DNA of 64,000 bases from an uncultured bacterium (GCA_964532225.1 CAZHHM010000003.1:30005-94004), one strand, 5' to 3'. Shown: positions 30,398 to 40,940, counted from the stretch's first letter. Translations and numbers: made by a program. Notes: a model not told the origin generated them from the sequence alone.

Positions 30398-32211
30398 TGC
30401 ACCACCTCCACTCCCATCTCTCTCAATTTGGAAAGATAAGCCTCAGCTTTATCGGCGCTTTCATTTTTGTAACTGCTGTAGAGCTTTGAGATCGCCTGTA
30501 TGTTCTCGGGATCAGACTTGAGGACAAGCGTCCAATTCTCCCTCGCAGATCTGACATCCCCTCTTCTTTCATAGATAGACCCCAGGTTCAATCGGGCACT
30601 GATGTTGCCCTGATCACTGCCTAGAATGCGAGAATACATCTTCTCGGCCGACAGATCGTCCCCCGACCTTGCATACGCGGATGCAAGCAGGTTCATGGTC
30701 ATCAGCTCGCCCGGGGACAACGACAGCTCCTCTTTGAAAAGGAGGATCGATTCGGGATATCTGCCCATGTTCATCAGAACAACGGCCAGGTTCCTCCGGA
30801 CCTCAGTTAAATGAGGGTGCAGGCGGATCTCCTCCCTTAAAGCATACTCGGCGCTTTTCAGGTCGCCCCGGGACACATAAAGTACGGCAAGGTTATTTCT
30901 GACGTTTGTTTCTGACGGGGAAAGCTCCAGGCTTTTCAGGTAGTGTCTTTCGGCTGAGACACGGTCTCCGTTCGCCGCAAGCTCCTCAGCGTACAGAGCA
31001 TGGGCCCTGGAATAGCTCGATGAATTCACGACAGCGTTGCCCGAGAACATCTCCGGCGAGGAAAAGTTCAAGGAATAGGCTGCCGTGCCTACAGCAAGCA
31101 CCAGGATCAGTACGGGCAGCAGCTTCCTGCCTGCATGAAAGGATATATTATACCTTAGCTGTGATAATGTCAGGAATAACCCGACCATCGGAAGATAGAG
31201 TCGATGGTCCAACAAATCCGCAACGTAACCAGGATACGGCCTGACGAATGAAGGCAGAAGAAAGGCCACGAACCAGACCAGCCCGAACATGGCGCCTGAA
31301 GTGTTCTTGTTCTTTGCCAGCCATATTAACGACACGAGCAGGGACAATGATACAGCCCCGAATATAACGGACGTATCTGCCATTACCGGCATAACTGACA
31401 GGTTTAGCGGAAACAAGGCCTTGCCGAGATATACCAGAAAAGCAGACCATGAACCTGCTAGGCTTGACGCTACCCCCTGCATCGAATATTCAACGGGATT
31501 ACTGAAGGCAAGCATTCTCATGACGCTCCAGATGAACGCAAGAAATGCCCAGAACATGGACAAAATGACATATTGATAACGCTGGAACCTTTTATCAAAA
31601 GACAGAGGATACAGTATGCTGACGATATAAAGCATGAAGGACGATTCTTTCGAGAACACTGCAAGCACGCTCATTATCGCATAACAAAAAAGATGCGCCG
31701 GCTTTCCGGTTTCGCAATATCTCATGAAGCACATGAAGGCAGCTATTACAAAGACTGCCATCAAAACATCGTTCCTTCCGGGTATCCAGGCGACCGCCTG
31801 CGTAAGTGACGGATGCACAAGGAATATCATCGCCATGACAAAAGACATCTCTTTCGACCCGAACCTCCTGAGCAATGCGAACAGGAGAAGCGAAGCTATT
31901 ATATGAAGCATTATGTTCGTGAAATGATACGGCCATGCAGAGACCCCGCCCCAAAAACTGTCAAGCATCAGAGAGACCAGCATGAGCGGTCTGTAATATG
32001 CCTGTTGAGTATCGTTGAACACATCAGACCGGAAAAAGCCGGTAATATTCGTTATGTCGTTGATATACCTGAAGTTCTGCACGATCAGTATATTGTCATC
32101 GCTGTTGGTAAAAGAAAATGAGAGCGTCGCCCCGTACAAGGCCGCTCCCGTGACTATTATCACCAAAGGCAGGAGCAACTGTTTTTTTTCGGATAGCCAT
32201 TTATAGATCAT
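30394..32211 (-). CDS. TMTC-like GT-C membrane glycosyltransferase with C-terminal TPRs (paralogue 2)
   Basis: FTNSDD, YRPL, YHFTNIMLH, HP..AVAWIPGRND, KES, DHRLYLP, longer TPR tail. Confidence 0.85.
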   Translation of the reverse strand: MIYKWLSEKKQLLLPLVIIVTGAALYGATLSFSFTNSDDNILIVQNFRYINDITNITGFFRSDVFNDTQQAYYRPLMLVSLMLDSFWGGVSAWPYHFTNIMLHIIASLLLFALLRRFGSKEMSFVMAMIFLVHPSLTQAVAWIPGRNDVLMAVFVIAAFMCFMRYCETGKPAHLFCYAIMSVLAVFSKESSFMLYIVSILYPLSFDKRFQRYQYVILSMFWAFLAFIWSVMRMLAFSNPVEYSMQGVASSLAGSWSAFLVYLGKALFPLNLSVMPVMADTSVIFGAVSLSLLVSLIWLAKNKNTSGAMFGLVWFVAFLLPSFVRPYPGYVADLLDHRLYLPMVGLFLTLSQLRYNISFHAGRKLLPVLILVLAVGTAAYSLNFSSPEMFSGNAVVNSSSYSRAHALYAEELAANGDRVSAERHYLKSLELSPSETNVRNNLAVLYVSRGDLKSAEYALREEIRLHPHLTEVRRNLAVVLMNMGRYPESILLFKEELSLSPGELMTMNLLASAYARSGDDLSAEKMYSRILGSDQGNISARLNLGSIYERRGDVRSARENWTLVLKSDPENIQAISKLYSSYKNESADKAEAYLSKLREMGVEVVQ

Positions 32212-33779
32212 TTGCTGGACCCCAATGACCTTAAAGCTTCTGCAGCCTGTTCGCTACCAGACACCTCAAGCTCTTTTCTGAAGTACCTGACCGCTTTTTC
32301 CCTGTCCTTTTTCATCAGGAACACCAGCCCCATGTTATAGTTCACGTTCCTCTCTCCGGGGTAATTATTCCACTCCTTGACGAATTCCTCAAGAGCTTCA
32401 TCCGGACGTCCCGTCATGAGATGTATGACCCCGATGTTATTGTGGACGAGAGGCTCCTTATCGCACATTTTGACCGCAAGCTCATATTGCTCCAGCGCCT
32501 TGGTGTTATCACCTCGCTCAAAATATACTTCCGCGAGACAGGCATGCGTCCGGGGAAGGCTCGGAGAGCTCTTGACTGCTTCATTAAGGAAGGATAGCTC
32601 ATCAGTGAAATATCTCGCGTGGACCACAGTGATCGCAGCAAACACTGTCACGGTCACAAGCAGTACGGTCCTGATCTTACTCAGGCTCAGCACGGCAGGC
32701 CCCGCTAATTCCGCTATCACGATCAGGAGGCCCGCCATCGGCAGATAGAGCCTATGCTCGCTGAAGTTGGCAGGAGCCCCGTAATAAGGCTGGATGAAAG
32801 TAGGAAGGAGAAATACAAGCGCCCATAATCCTCCGAACAGGGACATTTTCAGGCTCCCCCGAAAAGCCTTTAAGTACAGAACGGCCATCCAAGCAGCTGC
32901 TATTATGCCGAACAGCAGAGTGCTGTCCGAAAGCACCGGGACGACCGTGAGATTGAACGGAAAGACCGCTTTTCCCAGATACAGCAGCAGAGCGGGCATA
33001 TTGCCGACCACCGAAAATATGGATTCAAGGGGCCCGACGCTGAACGTAGATGTCATGAGTAAAGCTCTCAGTATCAGGAACAGGCACATTACAGCCGACC
33101 ATGAAACAATTAGCGGAACGCTCTTCTTTAAAAGCCCCGCCCCGCCCGAGACCCAGATATAGACAAGCGCCACGAACGGAAGAAGAAGCGCTGTCTCCTT
33201 GGTCAACACGGCCATGATGAACACCAAAGTATGAAGCCCAAGCACTAAAAGGCCTCCCGACCTGATATATTTAGCCAAGAGAATGAACGCAAGCAGAATG
33301 AAGAGGGTTACTAGAGAGTCGTTCCTTCCGGGTATCCAGTATACTGCCTGGGAAATTACGGGATGTACTGAAAAGACGGATGCGGCCAAGGCCCCGGTAA
33401 ATAGAGGATAACCAAGAGCAAGAAAAAGATACAGGACCAGTACGGAGCAAGCCGAGTGAAGCAGGATATTAGTAAGGTGATACGCGGCCGGTGCGCCATT
33501 TCCCGTAACCGTATCTGCCATCAGGGAAAGTGTCATCATGGGCCGGTAATAGCCGATCCTTAACTGCATTGTTCCCGGAGATTCCTGCCTGTTGAGGAAC
33601 ACGTCCCCTGAAAACACCTTTATTGCGTTAGACGGATCGCTTATAAAAGGAAGATTTTCCCGGATAAGGACATCATCGTCAAAATTTGTAAAACCGTGCC
33701 ACAGAGATGGTAAATACACCAGAAATGCCGTCAAAGCGATGGCCAAAGAGAGAGCGATCGGCGAACGCATCCTGATCAT
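32208..33779 (-). CDS. TMTC-like GT-C membrane glycosyltransferase with C-terminal TPRs (paralogue 1)
   Basis: FTNFDDD, YRPM, YHLTNILLH, HP..AVYWIPGRND, KET, EHRLYLP. Start moved to 33779, just after the lon stop. Confidence 0.85.
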   Translation of the reverse strand: MIRMRSPIALSLAIALTAFLVYLPSLWHGFTNFDDDVLIRENLPFISDPSNAIKVFSGDVFLNRQESPGTMQLRIGYYRPMMTLSLMADTVTGNGAPAAYHLTNILLHSACSVLVLYLFLALGYPLFTGALAASVFSVHPVISQAVYWIPGRNDSLVTLFILLAFILLAKYIRSGGLLVLGLHTLVFIMAVLTKETALLLPFVALVYIWVSGGAGLLKKSVPLIVSWSAVMCLFLILRALLMTSTFSVGPLESIFSVVGNMPALLLYLGKAVFPFNLTVVPVLSDSTLLFGIIAAAWMAVLYLKAFRGSLKMSLFGGLWALVFLLPTFIQPYYGAPANFSEHRLYLPMAGLLIVIAELAGPAVLSLSKIRTVLLVTVTVFAAITVVHARYFTDELSFLNEAVKSSPSLPRTHACLAEVYFERGDNTKALEQYELAVKMCDKEPLVHNNIGVIHLMTGRPDEALEEFVKEWNNYPGERNVNYNMGLVFLMKKDREKAVRYFRKELEVSGSEQAAEALRSLGSSK

Positions 33780-33784
33780 GCCGG

Positions 33785-36271
33785 TCAGGCGGATAGCTGG
33801 TGACCCGCCGAGTGGTCGGTGATATGAGATCCCTTTTTGTGGTTGTGTGTCATTTCTTCTATGGACATCTCGACCCCGGTATCGCAACCGTGATTCGCGC
33901 ATTTCACTATCTCTTCAGGCGGGTCAACCAGTGCTTCGGCCAGAACCTGGTCCATTTCTTTTGCGAAGAAGAACTCCATACCGAGGTCCTCTTTGAACTG
34001 GACCTTGATCTCCTCATAATCTTTCTTATTGTCAAACGGCGCTATCACCTTTTTGATCCCGGCCCTTCTGGCCGCGAGTATCTTCTCTTTCAAGCCTCCT
34101 ATCGGAAGTACCCTGCCCCTCAGTGTTATCTCCCCTGTCATGGCAATGTCCTTCTTAACCGGTATCCCTGACAGCGCCGAAGCTAAAGCTGTCGCGATGG
34201 TTATACCGGCTGAAGGCCCGTCCTTGGGGACTGCACCTTCAGGGACATGAAGATGTATGTCTATCTTCCGGTAGAAAGCCTCATCTATGCCGAGAGCTTC
34301 AGCCCGGGCCCTTACAAAGCTCATTGCCGCCTTCGCGCTCTCCTGCATGACATCCCCAAGCATGCCTGTAAGAGTAAGGGACCCTCTCCCTTTCATGGTC
34401 GTGACCTCGATCGGTATCGTATCACCTCCGACCTCGGTCCAGACAAGTCCGGTAGAAACGCCTACCTGGTCGCTTTCTTCGGCAAGGCCGAAACGGTACT
34501 TTTCGGGGCCGAGATAGGATGCCAGGTCTGCTCTCTTCACGACGACCTTATCGTCTTTCTTGTTCTTCACGGCCGCAGTAGCTATCTTTCTGCAAATGGT
34601 CTCTATGCTTCTTTCAAGGTTCCTGACCCCGGCCTCCCTGGTGTATTGTCTCACAAGTGAAAGGACCGCATCATCCTCGAACTCAATAAGGTCCTTTGAA
34701 AGACCGTGTTTTTCTATCTCTTTGATTATAAGATAACCTTTTGCGATCCCGACCTTCTCTTCTTCGGTATAGCCGCTCATCTCTATGATCTCCATCCTGT
34801 CCCTTAGCGGCCTTGGGATAGGCTCCATGGTATTTGCCGTTGTTATAAAGAACACGTCCGAGAGGTCGAACGGCAGTTCAAGATAATGGTCTGAGAACTC
34901 TTTGTTCTGCTCAGGGTCAAGGACCTCAAGCAGGGCTGCGGCAGGGTCCCCCCTGAAATCGTTGCCAAGCTTATCTATCTCGTCCAGAAGAAAAACAGGG
35001 TTGTTCACTTTTGTCTTTGATATAGACTGTATTATCCTTCCCGGAAGGGACCCGACATACGTCCGCCTGTGACCGCGTATCTCAGCCTCATCTCTTACGC
35101 CGCCTAGCGACACACGCACGAATTTCCTGGCCATGGCCCTGGATATTGACTTGCCTATAGAGGTCTTGCCTACTCCCGGAGGGCCTACCAGACAAAGTAT
35201 GGTCCCGCCTATCTTGCCCGTACGCTGCAGCACGGCAAAATACTCGATTATCCTCTCTTTGACCTTTTCAAGACCGAAATGGTCCTCGTTCAGTATCTTT
35301 TCTACTTCGGATATATCGATCTTGCTCTTTGTCTTTTTCTTCCAGGGCAGTTCGATTATCCAGTCGAGATATGTCCTGATGACCGTCGCCTCTGAGACCA
35401 TTGAAGGCATCTTAGAAAGCCTGTCCAGTTCCTTTACGGCCTTTTCCTTTACCTCTTCGGGAAGTTTTGCGGCCTCGATCTTTTTCCTGTATTCGGATAT
35501 TTCCGGAGCGCTGTCGTCATCTTCCACTCCCAGCTCTTCCTGAATAGCCTTGAGCTTTTCCTTAAGATAATACTCTTTCTGGACCTTCTCGATCTGTTTT
35601 CTCACCCGTCCCTGGAGTTTTTTTTCGACTTCCAGGACCTCTATCTCTTTATCAAGCACCTCTGAAAGTTTCTTGAGCCTTTTTGTAAGCACTGTAGCCT
35701 CAAGGATGGCCTGCTTTTCCTCGACCTTCAGCGTGAGGTAGGACGCGATAAGGTCCGCCAGCCTGCCCGGGTTCTCGACATTGATTATGGACATGAGAGT
35801 TTCCGAAGGGATACGCTTGTTCAGCTTGACATAGTTCTCGAATTTCTTTATAACTACACGGAGCAAAGCTTCCACCTCAACGGACACCTCTGAAGGATCG
35901 GGGATCTTTGATATCTTCACCTTATAATACGGAGTATCCTGTGTGAAAGATTCTATCTTCACCCTTGCGACACCTTCGACCAGTATCTTTGTTGTCCCGT
36001 CAGGGAGCGCTAGCATCTGGACTATCTCGGCAAGAGTGCCGATCTGGCAGATATCTTTTTGCGCTGGCTCCTCAACGTCTTCGGATTTTTGAGAAGCGAA
36101 GACCACAAGGCGCTCTTTTTCAAGAGTGTCCTCAAGGGCTTTTACGGATTTGCTGCGTCCGACGAAGAGAGGGACTATCATCTGGGGGAACACGACCATG
36201 TTCCGCAACGGTATCAGCGGAAGCTCGTCCTTCCACTCGGCCTGGGGCACGCCTGATTCTGGCTTTTCCAT
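33785..36271 (-). CDS. lon: ATP-dependent Lon protease
   Basis: LON N-domain, [22 protein letters not shown] (Ser) and GGLKEK (Lys) dyad. Confidence 0.98.
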   Translation of the reverse strand: MEKPESGVPQAEWKDELPLIPLRNMVVFPQMIVPLFVGRSKSVKALEDTLEKERLVVFASQKSEDVEEPAQKDICQIGTLAEIVQMLALPDGTTKILVEGVARVKIESFTQDTPYYKVKISKIPDPSEVSVEVEALLRVVIKKFENYVKLNKRIPSETLMSIINVENPGRLADLIASYLTLKVEEKQAILEATVLTKRLKKLSEVLDKEIEVLEVEKKLQGRVRKQIEKVQKEYYLKEKLKAIQEELGVEDDDSAPEISEYRKKIEAAKLPEEVKEKAVKELDRLSKMPSMVSEATVIRTYLDWIIELPWKKKTKSKIDISEVEKILNEDHFGLEKVKERIIEYFAVLQRTGKIGGTILCLVGPPGVGKTSIGKSISRAMARKFVRVSLGGVRDEAEIRGHRRTYVGSLPGRIIQSISKTKVNNPVFLLDEIDKLGNDFRGDPAAALLEVLDPEQNKEFSDHYLELPFDLSDVFFITTANTMEPIPRPLRDRMEIIEMSGYTEEEKVGIAKGYLIIKEIEKHGLSKDLIEFEDDAVLSLVRQYTREAGVRNLERSIETICRKIATAAVKNKKDDKVVVKRADLASYLGPEKYRFGLAEESDQVGVSTGLVWTEVGGDTIPIEVTTMKGRGSLTLTGMLGDVMQESAKAAMSFVRARAEALGIDEAFYRKIDIHLHVPEGAVPKDGPSAGITIATALASALSGIPVKKDIAMTGEITLRGRVLPIGGLKEKILAARRAGIKKVIAPFDNKKDYEEIKVQFKEDLGMEFFFAKEMDQVLAEALVDPPEEIVKCANHGCDTGVEMSIEEMTHNHKKGSHITDHSAGHQLSA

Positions 36272-36891
36272 TATTTCTTGTTCTTAAGACCTGCTTCGAG
36301 CTTTTTGAGCTTGCCAGCAATAAGTGTCTCGTCAATAAGGCCGTATTTGACGGCTTCATCGGGAGACATGAAGAAATCCCTGTCAGTATCCTTGATGATC
36401 TTGTCCAGAGGCTGTCCTGTATGCTTGGCAAGGATGTCATTGATTAGCTTTTTCATCCGCAGTATCTCCTGGGCCTGTATCTCAATGTCAGTGGCTTGCC
36501 CCTGAGCTCCGCCGAGAGGCTGATGTATCATGATGCGGGCGTTGGGAAGTGCGAACCTTTTGCCCTTGTCCCCTGCCGCCAGCAACAGAGCAGCCATGCT
36601 CGAAGCCTGACCGATACATATGGTAGATATCGGCATCTTTACGAACTGCATAGTATCGTAGATCGCAAGCCCGGCGGTCACGATGCCGCCAGGAGAATTA
36701 ATGTAGATATTGGCCTCTTTATCCTTGTCCTCGGCATGCAGGAACAGTATCTGCGCGATTATCATATTGGCGATGTCATCGTCGATCGGTCCGCCTATGA
36801 AAATGATCCGCTCCTTGAGAAGACGGGAGTAGATGTCAAATGCTCTTTCGCCTTTAGGGGTCTGTTCGACTACCATAGGTATCACGGTCAT
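36271..36891 (-). CDS. clpP: ATP-dependent Clp protease proteolytic subunit
   Basis: DIYSRLL, YINSPGG, ASSMA, MIHQP, TDRD; GGAGG SD. Confidence 0.98.
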   Translation of the reverse strand: MTVIPMVVEQTPKGERAFDIYSRLLKERIIFIGGPIDDDIANMIIAQILFLHAEDKDKEANIYINSPGGIVTAGLAIYDTMQFVKMPISTICIGQASSMAALLLAAGDKGKRFALPNARIMIHQPLGGAQGQATDIEIQAQEILRMKKLINDILAKHTGQPLDKIIKDTDRDFFMSPDEAVKYGLIDETLIAGKLKKLEAGLKNKK

Positions 36892-36905
36892 ATAATAGCC
36901 CTCCG

Positions 36906-38189
36906 TTATGCCTTTATCTTTGCATGTTCGACCGCAAAGTCAAGAGCCTTCCGCCTTAAAAGATAATCTTTGATATAGTCGATCATGCCTTCATTCGAGC
37001 GGTACTCAGAGGCGTTCCTTCCGCTGTCCTTGGCGATATCCTCAATCTCTTTGTCGATCTCCGCCTGGCTCACTTCAAGCCCTTCGGTCTTGGCTATCTC
37101 CCTGAGCACGAGCTTTGCCTTGACCCTGGTCTCGGCTGAGGGAGAGAGCTCGCGCCTGAGAGCGTCCAGCCCCATCTTCCTGCTGGCAAGGTATCTGTCG
37201 ATCGTAAGGCCGCGTCTTGACAGGGTATCCTTGAGCTCATCCACCATTATCTCGGTCTCCCTTGCCGACATCGCCTGCGGGACCTCGATCTCGGTCGCAC
37301 CCGTTATTGACTCGATTATTTTATCCTTTACCTGTGCGTCAGCTTCGTTCTCTGCAGCCTGCTCGAATTTTTTCCTGAGGTCGCTCCTGTACTCTTCGGC
37401 AGAGGCGAATGAACTTATCTTTTTTGCGAACTCGTCGTCAAAAACCGGGACATCTCTCTGTGCAAGCCTTTTAAGAGTAACGGAGAAATCGGCCTTTTTA
37501 CCGGCGAACTCTTTTATAAAGTAATCAGCCGGCAGTTCTATCGTGAATTCTTTGGATGCCCCTAACGCAAGCCCCTCAACGTTCACGTCGAATCCGGGAG
37601 CTATCCTGTTGTCACCAAGAAGTATCGGCAATGAGTTTTGCGACAATGATTCCTTTAGCTGCCCTTCGACCGAGCCTTTTATATCGAGCTCGGCTATATC
37701 CCCTGTCTTAGCCTCCCTGTCAGCGACCTCGCTGATCTTGGCGCTATCCTCGGTAAGGGCCTTTATGTAGGCTTCGATATCCTTTTCATCGATCTTCCTG
37801 ACATTTTTTTCGACCGCGACACCTTTGTATTTGCCAAGCTTTATCTCCGGCATGACCTCTACAGCAAGGGTAAAAATCGCGCCGCCTTCACCATCTTCCT
37901 TATCGAACCGCCATCCCGGATAATCGACAGGATCGATCGAAGCTTCCTGGACCAGTTTAGTGTAATTGTCCTCGACGAGAAAATCGATCGCTCTCTCCTT
38001 CGCGGCGTCAGTGTTTATGTTCTGCTCAAGAATGTGTTTGGGTACTTTCCCTGTACGGAAACCGGAGACCTTGACGGTCTTTGATGCTTCGGCTATCACT
38101 TTACCGTAGGCTGAGGAGAACTCCTCCTTGCCAGCCTGTATGGTCAGCATCACAGTACCTTTTTTCTTCTCGGTATTAAGTATCTTCAT
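36906..38189 (-). CDS. tig: Trigger factor
   Basis: GFRTGKVP ribosome-binding signature, FKBP domain, C-domain; sits upstream of clpP. Confidence 0.95.
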   Translation of the reverse strand: MKILNTEKKKGTVMLTIQAGKEEFSSAYGKVIAEASKTVKVSGFRTGKVPKHILEQNINTDAAKERAIDFLVEDNYTKLVQEASIDPVDYPGWRFDKEDGEGGAIFTLAVEVMPEIKLGKYKGVAVEKNVRKIDEKDIEAYIKALTEDSAKISEVADREAKTGDIAELDIKGSVEGQLKESLSQNSLPILLGDNRIAPGFDVNVEGLALGASKEFTIELPADYFIKEFAGKKADFSVTLKRLAQRDVPVFDDEFAKKISSFASAEEYRSDLRKKFEQAAENEADAQVKDKIIESITGATEIEVPQAMSARETEIMVDELKDTLSRRGLTIDRYLASRKMGLDALRRELSPSAETRVKAKLVLREIAKTEGLEVSQAEIDKEIEDIAKDSGRNASEYRSNEGMIDYIKDYLLRRKALDFAVEHAKIKA

Positions 38190-38229
38190 TAAAGCCTCTT
38201 TCTATTGGATGATTGTTAGACGATAAAAA

Positions 38230-38301
<72 letters not shown>

Positions 38302-38349
38302 GCTATCGATATCAATATTATATCAAAAGACTTGTATTATTTCTGCGAA

Positions 38350-38988
38350 CTATCTGATGGAAGAGAAATCTATTATGAAAGGTACAGGGACCCCTTTGTC
38401 AAGATAAAACACCACGGTTTCCTTGGACGTGAAACCTGTGATATCGAAATCATACCTGTTGAACACCCTGTAAGCAGGAGGATTGGGCCAGAACTGAGAG
38501 AAATCCGCCGATGACTGGCGCTCTGAGCTCACAGGCTCTATCGTGACGCCGTTCCTCATCAGGTAGCCGTCAACATACGTCCCGCTGTCGACCTTATTGA
38601 GAAAGACCACGGCATTTATCGTCATTATCTGAGGTTTCCTGAATATCCTCTTGATCTGCGACTCGTTAAGCATCGCATATTCTTTTCTTTTGAAGTAGGA
38701 ATAGACTATGGATTTATAGAACGGGGTCTGAACATTGATATAATCCTTGAACATCGGGTCCTTCTGTTCGACCTTCCAATCGCTCAGGAATGAATAAAGA
38801 TCGTTATCCCCGCTCCTGTACAGCTCTCCCGAGATATCAAAGACCCTTTCAATTACCGCCTGCGTCGGATTAAGGATCAGCCCTTTTGGTCCCGCAAGCT
38901 CCTGTGAGACCGCAGGCAGCGCGAAAGTACAGATAGTTACAAGCGACACTGCTGCGAACAACAACGGATGGACCGCATTTTGAAGCAT
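38350..38988 (-). CDS. Hypothetical exported protein
   Basis: 212-aa ORF with a signal peptide (LLFAAVSLVTICTFALPAVS-Q) filling the intergenic gap; no family recognised. Confidence 0.7.
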   Translation of the reverse strand: MLQNAVHPLLFAAVSLVTICTFALPAVSQELAGPKGLILNPTQAVIERVFDISGELYRSGDNDLYSFLSDWKVEQKDPMFKDYINVQTPFYKSIVYSYFKRKEYAMLNESQIKRIFRKPQIMTINAVVFLNKVDSGTYVDGYLMRNGVTIEPVSSERQSSADFSQFWPNPPAYRVFNRYDFDITGFTSKETVVFYLDKGVPVPFIIDFSSIR

Positions 38989-39021
38989 GATATGGCAATA
39001 TAATATATCAAATATTGTAGA

Positions 39022-39050
39022 TTGACAAACCTTTTTCTATACATTAGCAT
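39022..39050 (+). promoter_or_regulatory. Sigma70-type promoter TTGACA-17nt-TAGCAT for the glutaredoxin operon
   Basis: ttgaca at 39022-39027 and tagcat at 39045-39050. Confidence 0.55.
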
Positions 39051-39090
39051 TTCTTTATGTTCCAAATATCCCTTTCGAAAGGACATTAAT

Positions 39091-39372
39091 ATGGGGAGAA
39101 GCGTTCATGTCGACGGCAAGGATAAAGGTCAGATACTGATATACGCGCTTAGCACCTGCGTCTGGTGCAAAAAGACCAAAAATCTGCTCAACAAGCTCGG
39201 GATAGCATATGATTACATCGACGTTGACCTGCTCGATGATGGAGAGCGCTCCACTGTAAGGTCGGAAGTGGACAAATGGAACCCGGAGGGAGGGTTCCCG
39301 ACCTTAGTGTTCAACAACTCAAAATGCGTTATCGGGTATAACGAGGACGAGATCAGGGACCTTGTAGCGTGA
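39091..39372 (+). CDS. Glutaredoxin/NrdH-like protein
   Basis: YALSTCVWCKK (CxxC), cis-Pro motif FPT, IGYNEDEI. Start moved to 39091 behind an AAGGA SD. Confidence 0.88.
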   Translation: MGRSVHVDGKDKGQILIYALSTCVWCKKTKNLLNKLGIAYDYIDVDLLDDGERSTVRSEVDKWNPEGGFPTLVFNNSKCVIGYNEDEIRDLVA

Positions 39373-39872
39373 CCAAAACGAGCGATGAGGATAATGAAGC
39401 CTTTTACCAAAAGCTTGTAAAGGACTGCGTTCCGGGCGGGTACCACCTTAACCCCGACAAGGATTTCGTAATGGACCTTGTTGAGGGCCTTTTGGTCAAC
39501 AAATCGCGATACGGTTATCCTTCATGCCCTTGCAGGCTTTCCACAGGGAAGAAAGAAGACGACCTTGATATCGTCTGCCCCTGTGATTACAGGGATATTG
39601 ACCTTGACGAATTCGGCGCGTGCTACTGCGGTCTTTATGTGAGCCGGGATGTGTCGGACGGTAAGAAGAAGCTCAAAAGCATCCCTGAGAGAAGGGGCAA
39701 AAAAGAAAGGACCGGAACAATGGACAATAAGGAACTTCCAAAAGAGCCGGGAAAACTAAAATATCCTGTCTACAGGTGTAAAGTGTGCGGATATCTGTGC
39801 GCCAGAGAACACCCCCCCGAGACATGCCCTGTATGCAAAGCAACTAAGGACCGTTTTGAACGGTTCATCTAG
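39369..39872 (+). CDS. Ferredoxin:thioredoxin reductase catalytic-type subunit fused to a rubredoxin-like domain (FDR-like)
   Basis: YGYPSCPCRL, CPCDY, CYCGLY (FTR catalytic cysteines) plus YRCKVCGY..CPVCKA. Confidence 0.9.
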   Translation: MTKTSDEDNEAFYQKLVKDCVPGGYHLNPDKDFVMDLVEGLLVNKSRYGYPSCPCRLSTGKKEDDLDIVCPCDYRDIDLDEFGACYCGLYVSRDVSDGKKKLKSIPERRGKKERTGTMDNKELPKEPGKLKYPVYRCKVCGYLCAREHPPETCPVCKATKDRFERFI

Positions 39873-40806
39873 AGAGCAGAACCTCATCATAAGGGCCTAT
39901 TATCTTGCTGAACTCCATCATTTTTCCTGATACAGGATGTTCGAAAGAAATATAATATGAATGAAGGAACATGACATCCGATCTGTCCTTTTTATGACCG
40001 TATATCTTGTCCCCCACTATCGGATGCCCGATATGCTGCATATGGACCCTGATCTGATGTGTCCTGCCTGTCTCGGGAGACGCTTCCACCAATGTCCGGT
40101 CCCCGTATCTCTTCAGGACCTTATAACGCGTCACGGACTCTCTTGATTTCGATCGTCTGGGCCTGTTCCTGTTCGTCTCGATATCCTTCTCGGAAAGAAG
40201 GCGGACCACGGTCATTTTCTTTCTGTCAGATGTGCTGCGCCCTATCGGCGCATCGACCACCCCGCCATCACACTTTACATCGCCCTGGACAATGGCAAGG
40301 TATTTCTTTTTGACTTTCCTGTCCTTGAACTGCTGAGAGAGCTTCCTGTGGACAAGATCGTTCTTTGCTATCACAATAATGCCTGATGTCTCCTTGTCCA
40401 GACGATGGACTATCCCCGGTCTTTCCACTCCTCCTATACCTGAAAGGTCCCTGCAATGTTCAAGAAGTGCGTTAACAAGCGTCCCAGAGCTGTGACCGAA
40501 AGCAGGATGGACGACCATTCCCGCCGGCTTATTGATCACGATAAGGTCTTTATCTTCATAAATGATGTCTAGTTCTATCTTTTCAGGCAGCACTTCCATT
40601 TTCCTGGGTTGAGGCATATCCACAGAGACCACATCTTCATGCGCCATGGCCCTTGAGGCTTTATTAGCCGGCGCATCATTGATCCTGACCTTTCCTGCCT
40701 TAATGATCTTCTGGATGAACGCCCGGCTCAAAGACGGGAGTTTTTTTGCGATGAAAAGGTCAAGCCGGATAGTTTCAAACTCCTTGGGGACCGTGAATTC
40801 TCTCAT
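39865..40806 (-). CDS. rluD: RluA-family pseudouridine synthase with an S4 domain (RluD-like)
   Basis: S4 domain, INKPAGMVVHP, HRLDKETSG (catalytic Asp), TGRTHQIRVH, GDKIYG. Confidence 0.9.
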   Translation of the reverse strand: MREFTVPKEFETIRLDLFIAKKLPSLSRAFIQKIIKAGKVRINDAPANKASRAMAHEDVVSVDMPQPRKMEVLPEKIELDIIYEDKDLIVINKPAGMVVHPAFGHSSGTLVNALLEHCRDLSGIGGVERPGIVHRLDKETSGIIVIAKNDLVHRKLSQQFKDRKVKKKYLAIVQGDVKCDGGVVDAPIGRSTSDRKKMTVVRLLSEKDIETNRNRPRRSKSRESVTRYKVLKRYGDRTLVEASPETGRTHQIRVHMQHIGHPIVGDKIYGHKKDRSDVMFLHSYYISFEHPVSGKMMEFSKIIGPYDEVLLSR

Positions 40807-40853
40807 TGCATTTATTTTACATTAACTGCGGCAAAGTGTATAATTGAATTGTA

Positions 40854-40940
40854 ATGAGACAAAGAGAACAAGAGCTTCGCAGAAGAAGGAAAAGAAGGAA
40901 AGAAGCTCTCAAATCAAGAAGAAAAAAGAATCGCGCCTAG
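40854..40940 (+). CDS. Small Arg/Lys-rich protein, 28 aa (not in the ORF track)
   Basis: MRQREQELRRRRKRRKEALKSRRKKNRA*; TATAAT at 40839-40844, 9 nt upstream; fills the only gap between rluD and the FAD oxidase. Confidence 0.65.
   Translation: MRQREQELRRRRKRRKEALKSRRKKNRA

Noticed and set aside
33780-33902. N-terminal extension of the first TMTC-like gene
   Set aside because: It overlaps the lon 3' end; ATG 33779 directly precedes the first TM helix.
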